Assembly: GCA_964016885.1 (NCBI GenBank) | Contig: OZ024753.1 | Span: 42,904,001-42,968,000 of the forward strand | Origin: Eledone cirrhosa | Taxonomy: Eukaryota | DNA: 64,000 bases | Reading direction: 5' to 3' | Part shown: piece by piece, positions 53,675-64,000 of the stretch | How the letters are laid out: every line of letters begins with the position of its first letter | Position numbering within the stretch: the first letter of the stretch is position 1 | The notes under the pieces: model-generated | Seen by the model: the letters and a program-made list of their open reading frames with translations, nothing else | Told to the model about the DNA's origin: nothing | Database searches by the model: none | Position numbers and translations under genes: made by a program

Positions 53675-55696
53675 TGATGTAATTCTATGTAGTACTGGAA
53701 TCCAAATTAATATACTGTATATATAAATATTTTATGAAAACTTGATGCACTTCAGATTAAATTTTAGCCCAATGTCCTCTGCATCGAAGTCACCATTGCT
53801 CTCAACATATTAAAATTAGGTATCAAAATATTTTTGTTAACTTACTTTTTAAATTCCACTGGAAGACTAAGGTCAAAGGCATTAGATCATTGTATTATCC
53901 TGTATTTTCCACTGCATGAATTCCTCAATGAAATATTGTGGAAGGGCCTTTATGAGCAGTCCTTCAAACCCCTCTTTATTGCAATCTTGGCATAATATCC
54001 AGTCCATATTTTATAATTTAGATAACTTTTTTTTTCTTTTTCATCTAAATGTTAATCAGATGTACACCTCGCTTGAATACTGCCATCAACGAAGCATTAT
54101 TAATGCATGAACGTGTCAACAACTAGAAACGAATATTTGTGTTGTTTTTATTATTATTTTGTTTTCTAAAAGGTTTGCACAATAACAGAATTGATTAAAT
54201 CTAAAGAATTGGTGATGCTATGTAATAATAAAAGAAGGAAAACTTGACATAATTTGATGATATTTTAAATGCGAATAATAAAATGCGAAAAGGGTTATTA
54301 TTTTTCCTGGAGAGAAATTATGAAATGAGAAATGTTGGTATTGTTGTGATTATGGCAAAGAGTGGTTCTACGTGTATGATAATTAAATATGGCATGCACT
54401 TTCAGCACCTTTGAACTTTTTCTCTATCAACATTTTTGTTTTTAGATTTTTCATGATTTAAGGCATCATTAAATTATCATTAATTAGAAAACAATTGCTG
54501 ATTAAAACATAAAAAATAAAACTTTCAGGTTTATATTATAATCAATCAACTTTGGTCTGAATACAGCTATAGTATAGCACTTTCATACTTTGTCTTTAAA
54601 CCACTTCACCATTAAATAAGGCTTTTGTTTCTGTCTCTATTTCTCTGTTTTTTGTTTGTTTTTATTTAGAAGGAAATGTGAAAAGTGTACTATGGATATT
54701 TATTTCATTTTCTGTGATGTGAAAGGCTTCTAATTCTAATTTTTAAGTTGTATTACAGAATTAATGCTAATTTAGTAATGATACGAACGATGAAACAGTT
54801 TTCTTAGCTCCCTCTTTTTCTTCTTTTCTTTTATGTACCATTTAGTAAATGCTAAGAAATTAAATTAATTTGATAATGAAATTCTTTTAATTTCAAGTAG
54901 CTTGATTATTGAGATAAAACGTTTGAAAAAAAAAGAGTTCAAATAAGCTTGTTAGGATGCAGTGTTTTGTGAGGGATGTTTTAGGTAAGAGGCAAATGGC
55001 CAATAGAAGATTAGAATTTTTCAAGCAATTTTGTGTGTTTTAAAGAGCAGATCCCATTAAAGTAACGGTTGAAGAATCAAAGGAGAGAAGAAAATAATTC
55101 TTCACTCTTCATTGTTGCTTTTATCAAAGATAGCAGTTTCAATGTGTTTGGATAATTTGGGCAAATGGTTCGTAGATTTTTACGATAAGATTTGAGAATA
55201 TTATTGATTTCTTCCAATTAAATGTAATATACTCAGATGTGGAAAAACGATCCATTGAGTGTAAAAACCAAAACAAAACAGTATATCGCTGGTACATTGA
55301 ACACTGGAGTTTAAGCAGTAGGAGAACTGTGTTTAGTGTTTCGTTCAAATAGTAGAATGATCAGGAGGTTGTTTTTGAGGCAGTTGTTTACAGGTGTATG
55401 TCATTTCCCTCACCAGTTCTTCTTTTACTTACCTCAGAGAGAGAGAAGACAAACATTGAATTGTAGAGAATGATGGGAGTAGAATCAGTGATGAATGTTG
55501 TGAAAAGAAATGGAATGAGATGGTTAGCTCATGTGTTGAGGAAGGATGAAAATGATTTGGTTAAAGGAATAGAGCCATTGATGTATGTTGTGAAGAGAAA
55601 TGGAATGAGATGGTTGGAGTAGTTGCCTTAATACTCCTGTGTTTTAGGTAACCACTAACTAAAATAATTATAAAATATCTACCAGGAAAAATACAA

Positions 55697-55699
<3 letters not shown>

Positions 55700-55730
<31 letters not shown>

Positions 55731-56050
55731 CTTTCTTTATTAACCACAAGGGTTTACACAAAGTAGACATTAAGGACAGTACAGGACAATACAGGACGGT
55801 ACAAAAGGGCATTTCTGTGTGTAAAAAACAAAAAAACAGAGGATGTAAGAATAGAACAATGAAAAAATTCCCCAATAGGGGGAGACTTCCGAGGGCCATT
55901 GTGGAGAAAGCCCATTAAAAAGCCACAGTGACCCTGACCACCAGGGCAATTGTCCTCTCCCAGTTTTCCACCTTCAATTTACAGGCATATACTCAGAGTA
56001 GGTCCACTTACTCGGGCCATTCTTGCCTCTCTCACCCATCTTTCAACAAA
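55700..56050 (-). mobile_element. Probable LINE 3' end with (TTA)n tail
   Basis: (AAT)n followed by GCTTTCTTTATT on +, i.e. AATAAA plus a microsatellite tail on the minus strand. Confidence 0.5.
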
Positions 56051-56865
56051 AAGCTGGGAAGAGAGCACCTCCCTCTCTACCCTGATTTTCCTTTTCAAAT
56101 GAAATTAGAAAAAGTTAATTAGGGCATCACCGAAATAATGCTGTTAACAACAATAACATAAATGAAAGATAATAAAAATATTGAGAACAAATGAAAGCAA
56201 TAATAGAATCAGAACCTATTGAAATTAAGGTGTTTCGAACATTTTCATGGGACATAACTCTGGCAAGGCAAGGGATATTCCACTTAAAGGAAAACAGGAT
56301 TCATTGACATACACGCAATGAGCTTTCTCTCATGCCAACCTTAGCGTGATTAATTTTCACACAAAGCCAGCAAAGATTGAGGCAAAATTATCAAACAATG
56401 AGTGATCTACAATCTTTATCTTTATTGTTTCGATGTTTAATAACTTCCATTGTTTATCTATTATAACATGGGAAGTGTTTATTAATTCAAAATAAGTTCC
56501 ATTGTTTCATTTCAATTGTGAGCAAATCTAGGCTAGAGCATGGCTGTCAAGTTAGGGAGTTTGCTTTGCAACCGCAAGGTTCTGGGTTCTGTCCAGCTAC
56601 ATCACCAACACATTGGGTAAATGTCTTCTTTTATAGCCTCAGGTTGACCAATGCTTTGTGAGTGGAAGTCAGTAGAGGGCAAACTGCAGAAGCCTGTTAT
56701 ACATACATATATATATATATAGTAATAATAGATGTGAAGACTAAAATCTGAAATGGGCTCGATAAGGATTATATATATATATATAAACCCATAGAGCAAA
56801 TATTTATTATAAGAACAGGTTAAAGTTTAAGCAAAGAATCGTTGCTTTCACCCTTTAATCTGTTC

Positions 56866-56907
<42 letters not shown>

Positions 56908-56945
56908 TAAGTATGTTTTGAAACAGTGAGCGAGTTTGAAATTAG

Positions 56946-57150
56946 AAAATATATAGCTTTCACCGTATTTTTAACTAAAGGAATTTTAGCTTGATAACGG
57001 GGTTTAGAACCCTCAGATAAATGGAAAAAGATGAGTATTGATGTACATCGTACGTCAATACTCATCTTTTTCCATTTATCTGAGGGTTCTAAACCCCGTT
57101 ATCAAGCTAAAATTCCTTTAGTTAAAAATACGGTGAAAGCTATATATTTT
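56946..57150. repeat. Near-perfect 101 bp-arm palindrome embedded in (TA)n
   Basis: Arms symmetric about an ATC loop at 57047-57049, with one mismatch. Confidence 0.9.
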
Positions 57151-57161
57151 ATATATATATA

Positions 57162-57210
<49 letters not shown>

Positions 57211-57541
57211 GCCAGGTCACTCTTGAGTGCTACTGTCAACATGTAACTCAATACATATAACCCAGTGTTGCTTTGTCAGATTAACTCGTCGGTGACAAAA
57301 CTGGTAGACCTCCACATGCTATCACTATTGTATTATACCCCAGTTGCATTATACCCAAAGATATAAAGTAGACTAATTATAGCTGTACTTCTTGATATAG
57401 TAACAAACAAATACTATTTGACATCATACATGAGAGTAAACCTCCATAATCCCTACCCTTGTCATATTATATACAAAGATATAGAGGAGTCTAGTGCTGC
57501 TTTATTTGCTAAACATTTGTCATATTTCTGTTCTGTTTCAG

Positions 57542-57639
57542 GGCCCAACCGGTCAACTTTGAATGATATTTGGCGAATGGTTTGGCAAGAAAATTCTAAA
57601 ACAATTATAATGTTGACAAATCCTACAGAAACTGGAAAG
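57542..57639 (+). CDS. PTP domain exon (G)PNRSTLNDIWRMVWQENSKTIIMLTNPTETGK
   Basis: ttctgtttcag acceptor and AAG|GTAATT donor. 98 nt, phase 1 to 0. Contains the WRMVW and IIMLT motifs. The next expected exon (KCxxYWP) was not found before the window ends. Confidence 0.96.
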
Positions 57640-57684
57640 GTAATTCATTTCAACCACTTTTTACTATTCACTGTAACAGTTTAA

Positions 57685-57996
57685 CCTTTTAGCATTTACA
57701 TTATTCTATCCTTACAAGGCTAGCAATTATCCCAGTGAAGTACCAGTAATACACTGAGATAATTGCTGGCCTTGTGCCAAAAGTAGAAACAATTATTCTA
57801 TACTTACTACTGTATTTTCACAGTAATGGCTTTATTTTACATAATTATCTATGTAATATCAAATCTATGAGATTTTGATATAATTTATTTTGAGAACAAT
57901 ACCTTAATATAGGTATGATCAGCCAGTTACGGCCGGTTTGAAGAGAAAGAGGTGAGAGAATTCTGGCCGGATATGGCCGGTTTGAATGCTAAAGGG
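57685..57996. mobile_element. piggyBac-type (TTAA) MITE
   Basis: TTAA-CCTTTTAGCATT ... AATGCTAAAGGG-TTAA. Confidence 0.7.
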
Positions 57997-58194
57997 TTAA
58001 TAAATGTTTGTACACACACACACACACTGAGAAGGGCACTAGCTTATTCAGTCAATTGTCACCTATGTAGAATATATATATATCATCATCATCGATTAAC
58101 GTCCATCTTCCACACTAGCACGGGTTTATATATACATATATAAATTTATAAATATATATAATATATATATGTATATGAATATATATATGTATAT

Positions 58195-58535
58195 GGAGGC
58201 ACATGGCTTAGTGGTTAGAGCATTGGCCTTGCAATCGAAAGGTTGTGAGTTCAATCCTCAGACCGAGTGATGTGTTGTTTCCTTGAGCAAGACACTTTAT
58301 TTCACATTGCTCCAGTTTACTCAGCTGTAGAAATGAGATGATAGGGGCTGGGGACCCTATCATTCTACTGCAAAGTGGTCGTGGAGGTGCCATGGCAAAA
58401 AAGAACCCAGCACTCACTGTAAATGAGGTTGGTGCTAGGAAGGGCATCCAGCTGTAGAAATCAAGCCAGCATCAGTTCCCGTCCCACCCTTGCAAGCAGA
58501 GAAAAGCGGACGTAAAATGAAATGATGATGATGAT
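58195..58535 (+). mobile_element. tRNA-derived SINE, family 1, full length
   Basis: A and B boxes, core, and tail CCCACCCTTGCAAGCAG...GGACGTAAAATGA(TGA)n. Confidence 0.9.
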
Positions 58536-58673
58536 ATATATACACACACACATATATATATATACACACATACATATATCAAGTTATAAATATATATATA
58601 TATACACACACATACATATATAGATATATACACATACATATATCAAGTTATAAATATATATATATACACACTC

Positions 58674-58770
<97 letters not shown>

Positions 58771-58886
58771 TATATTATAAATATATATAAATGTGTAAAT
58801 ATATGGATATATACACATACATATATCAAGTTATAAATATATATATATACACACTCACATACATATATATATATATATATAATATA

Positions 58887-58920
<34 letters not shown>

Positions 58921-59433
58921 TATATTATATATATATATAAATTATATTATATATATGTATATATATACACATAAATATATCAAGTATATAAATATATATA
59001 AATGTGTAAATATATGTACTATATCTATATACACACTGATATATTCTCTATATACACACTGATATATTCTATATGTGGTTGCTACTAATTTCATCCTCTT
59101 GGATGTGTGCCGCTAAATTATTGCGGTTAACAATTGCTAATTACTATAATTCTAATTGGCAAGCAGATTTGGTGATGATTATGAAGAAGAAAGCTACAAT
59201 GATTAGTTGTATTTAATTTGAATTGGTTATTAAATGGGAGAGAATAATAAACACTGTACACAACTTGACTATATTGAAGTTGTTCATTGTTTATTTCAAG
59301 CTTGAATTAATGTCCATAAAATTTCACAAGGTACAACAATACTAATGTATTAATAGGTAGCAAACAATACAGTAATGTTTTGTACTTGGTGGCAATCGCG
59401 TTATTCTCCACGCTTGAACGGAACCACTGATAA

Positions 59434-60092
<659 letters not shown>

Positions 60093-60182
60093 TGTAGGAG
60101 GTGAGTTTTATTGTAGTACAATAAAGCAATGCAAATATCGGATAAGTAGCACTCTACAGTTTGTAGGACTGGAGTATAAATA

Positions 60183-60240
60183 TATATAAGATCAAAAGAT
60201 GGTTAAAAGAACTCTTTTAACCATCTTTTGATCTTATATA
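60183..60240. repeat. Short perfect palindrome in a (TA)n array
   Basis: TATATAAGATCAAAAGATGGTTAAAAGA-ac-TCTTTTAACCATCTTTTGATCTTATATA. Confidence 0.9.
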
Positions 60241-60511
60241 TTATATAGCCTTATATATATATAGCCTTATATATGTATATGTATATATATAAATGTGTGT
60301 GTGTGTATGTATATGTGTGTATACATATGTATATATAAGTATATATATATATGTATATATACACATGTATATATAAGTATATATATATATGTATATATAC
60401 ACATGTATTTATAAGTATATATATGTATATATATGTGTGTATACATATGTATAACTATATATATATGTATATATGTGTGTGTATACATATGTATAAGTAT
60501 ATATATGTATG

Positions 60512-60594
<83 letters not shown>

Positions 60595-61582
60595 AAGTAT
60601 ATATATATATATGTATGTATAAGTATATATATATATATATATGTATGTATAAGTATATATATATACATGTATTTATAAGTATATTTATGTATATATGTGT
60701 GTATATATGTATGTATGTATATATGTATCTATGTATATATATATATACATAGATACATATATACATACATACTGATATAACACCTGCAACTCTGATGGTA
60801 TCCAATGATGTTGACTTGTTCTTCTTTTTGGTAAATATCATCTTAGTTAAGAGAGTGGGACTGGCTTTGTGCAGTGCCTTTGCTCACTATAAAAGCTTCA
60901 CGGCACAGGCATTGCTTTATATCTGGAGATCTCACTGCACTTGTCATCAGATGGTACCATGGGCCCAGCACTATGTGTCAATAATTGTCACAAGTGTAGT
61001 GTTTGTACCAGAGTTTTCAAGTTGCTGGCTGAACTAAAAAGTCACACTCGTTCAGAGCATCGGTGGGGGTTCTCCTACATGGATATAAAGTAGTGGCCGT
61101 ACTCGAAAACGAGTTGGCAGCCACCATGTATATATATATATATGTATGAATATATATATGTATATATATATATATATGTATGTATGAATATATGTATGTA
61201 TGAATATATATATGTATGTATGAATATATATATGTATATATGAATATATATATGTATATATGAATATATATATGTATATATGAATATATATATGTATGAA
61301 TATATATATGTATGAATATATATATGTATGAATATATGTATGTATGTATGAATATATGTATGTATGAATGTATATATATATATGTATGTATGAATGTATA
61401 TATATGTATGTATGAATATATATATGTATGTATGTATGAATATATATATGTAACTATGTATATATATATATATATATATATGTGTATGTATGTATGTATG
61501 TATGAATATATGTATGTATGTATGAATATATGTATGTATGTATGAATATATGTATGTATGAATGTATATATATATATGTATC

Positions 61583-61624
<42 letters not shown>

Positions 61625-62914
61625 CTAATATATATATAAAGTGTTTGGAAGCTGCTCTAATGCAGATGATGTTGCAAATATTGAGATAATAAAATGAGAT
61701 GAGGATAGAATGAATGAGAGAGATGAGGAACATACAAAGAAGGGGTGAAGAGGAAATAAAACAAGAATCAGAGATTAAGTCTACCTTGATAATATTTATT
61801 AGTTCCTCATATATTTCAGATGAATTATCCTTTATCAAAGGATTGATTGAAACCTTGGATAACATCTGAAAGGGCCTTTTTAGGCGTCTGTGTGGCTTGT
61901 GGAGTTGTAAGATATGAGTGACTGAATCACATGGTCCTCGTGAGGTTATAATATAAGACACTTGCTCAAGGTCTTGTGCAGTAGGAGTTATCACGGGTGT
62001 ACATTCTGTCAAAATGATTTCCTTAACTACACCACCTTGCCTCTGAACGTGTATGTGTGTATTTTTGAATGTATGTGTATGTGTGGTGTGTTTGCACATG
62101 TACCGTATACATCTGCTGTTCTATGCCGCACAAAACATGCAAGTAAAAGCTGCACACTACCTCTGTATGAATTACTTGAGGAACTAATCAACTCGTGCAT
62201 TCTGTGCAGCAATAGAAAACATTAAATGCAATTATTTCTACCTTTAAATGTTTCCAGATGTCTCTGGTGAACTAACGAACTCTTTACACACACATATGAG
62301 TGCACACACACATACACACATCCGTGCACACGCATACACATCCACACAAACACACACATGCGTGCACACGCACACACAACCACACACATATGCGCACACG
62401 CACACATCCATACAAACATACACATGCACACATCCATACAAACATACACATGCACACACATCCACACACATCTATACAAACACACTATGCACACACTAAC
62501 ACATCTACACAAGCACACACATGCGCACGCACACATGCACACACACACATCCACACACATATGCGCGCACACACACACACATTCACCCCACCCCCCCCTC
62601 CTCCTGCAATCAATGTGTTCTAAGCTGTACAGTCAATTACTGATCTACATAATTCTTTTTCTGACTAAATAACAGATTTCTATACACCTAACGCCATAAT
62701 CTACAACTCAGTCAACAAATCTAGCTTTCTGGTGACATTTTCACATTAACAGCAATGTACAATTTAACCCTTTAAACCCTTTCCTGGCCCTAGACCCTAT
62801 CTCTAAACCCTATCTCTAAACCCTAGACTCTATTTCAAATAAAGGACGCTGTCTAGGATTTTTCAAATAATTTTGAAAATAATTTAAAACGATTTGAAGG
62901 GATTTAGTAATAAA

Positions 62915-63127
62915 TTAGGTTGATGCAAAATGAACGACTGTTTTTATCAATTCTATATTTATTCTACAGTACGACTCCAAACTACTATAAAAACATGTTT
63001 AAATGGCCATTCTGGAGCATAATTGCTGTCTACTTAGTAACTGTTTCCCATTTGCTTGGCAAATAACAACGGTTGTTAATTAAAATAATTAATAATAAAA
63101 CCAGTCGTTCATTTTGTATCATCCCAA
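62915..63127. mobile_element. mariner-like MITE
   Basis: TIRs TTAGGTTGATGCAAAATGAACGACTG and CAGTCGTTCATTTTGTATCATCCCAA-TA, similar to mariner termini. Confidence 0.7.
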
Positions 63128-63276
63128 TAAGTAACATTTTTCACATGGCAGGAGACCCAAAAGAGGTAAGCTCGGTTGATCTGGTTTGGGGATCAATCCA
63201 GCTGGATCCTTTAAATTACTATCGCAGTGTCACTCCCCCACCCCTACATACACATGCCACGCATGCTAGCATACCC

Positions 63277-64000
63277 CCCCTGGGCACACAGGCCAGCACA
63301 CCCCTGGGCACACAGGCCAGCACACCCCTGGGCACACAGACCAGCACACCCCTGGGCACACAAGCCAGCACACCCCTGGGCACACAAGCCAGCACACCCC
63401 TGGGCACACAGGCCAGCACACCCCTGGGCACACAGGCCAGCACACCCCTGGGCACACAGACCAGCACACCCCTGGGCACACAGACCAGCACACCCCTGGG
63501 CACACAAGCCAGCACACCCCTGAGCACACGACCCAGCACACAAGCCAGCACACCCCTGGGCACACGACCCAGCACACCCCTGGGCACACAGACCAGCACA
63601 CCCCTGGGCACACAACCCAGCACAATCCTGGGCACACAGACCAGCACACCCCTGGGCACAGGCCAGCACACCCCTGGGCACACAGACCAGCACACCCCTG
63701 GGCACACAACCCAGCACAATCCTGGGCACACAGACCAGCACACCCCTGGGCACAGGCCAGTACACCCCTGGGCACACAGACCAGCACACCCCTGGGCACA
63801 GGCCAGCACACCCCTGGGCACAGGCCAGCACACCCCTGGGCACACAAGCCAGCACACCCCTGGGCACACAACCCAGCACAACCCTGGGCACACAGGCCAG
63901 CACACCCCTGGGCACACAGACCAGCACACCCCTGGGCACAGGCCAGCACACCCCTGGGCACACAGACCAGCACACCCCTGGGCGCACAGACCAGCACACC
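63277..64000. repeat. 24/22 bp GC-rich minisatellite running off the window
   Basis: Unit CCCCTGGGCACACAG(G/A)CCAGCACA. Confidence 0.95.

Noticed and set aside
58195-58270. tRNA-like sequence with a possible GCA anticodon
   Set aside because: It is a SINE head with no proper cloverleaf, and it continues into the SINE core in four copies.
63219-63999. Cys-rich (CAQGCAGL)n ORFs resembling keratin-associated or metallothionein proteins
   Set aside because: It is a 24/22 bp minisatellite with frame-shifting units, open in all three minus frames.

Overview
AT-rich animal genomic DNA, dense in microsatellites and retroelements. The repeat content ((TA)n/(CA)n runs, tRNA-derived SINEs, RTE LINEs) looks like a cephalopod, probably Octopus; this is an inference. 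The only real gene I can support is five small + strand exons (32044-57639) of a classical, probably receptor-type, protein tyrosine phosphatase: a pre-catalytic exon, then the KNRY, DYINA, YIAAQGP and WRMVW motifs. The gene is incomplete at both ends. Almost all ORFs in the track are microsatellite or minisatellite artefacts. The main unexplained signal is a set of short fold-back (palindromic) elements inserted into (TA)n tracts. Several carry hammerhead ribozyme (HHR) motifs that read outward from the palindrome centre. One 7-copy family keeps only the 3' half of the ribozyme, and its helix III covaries between copies. These look like non-autonomous Penelope-like (PLE) derivatives. Other notable features: 17 tandem copies of an exon's splice donor, a twin-primed RTE insertion with a TSD, a CRE-type endonuclease fragment with a TSD, and minisatellites born from LINE and SINE sequence. 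All RNA structures were folded by eye and none was computed.
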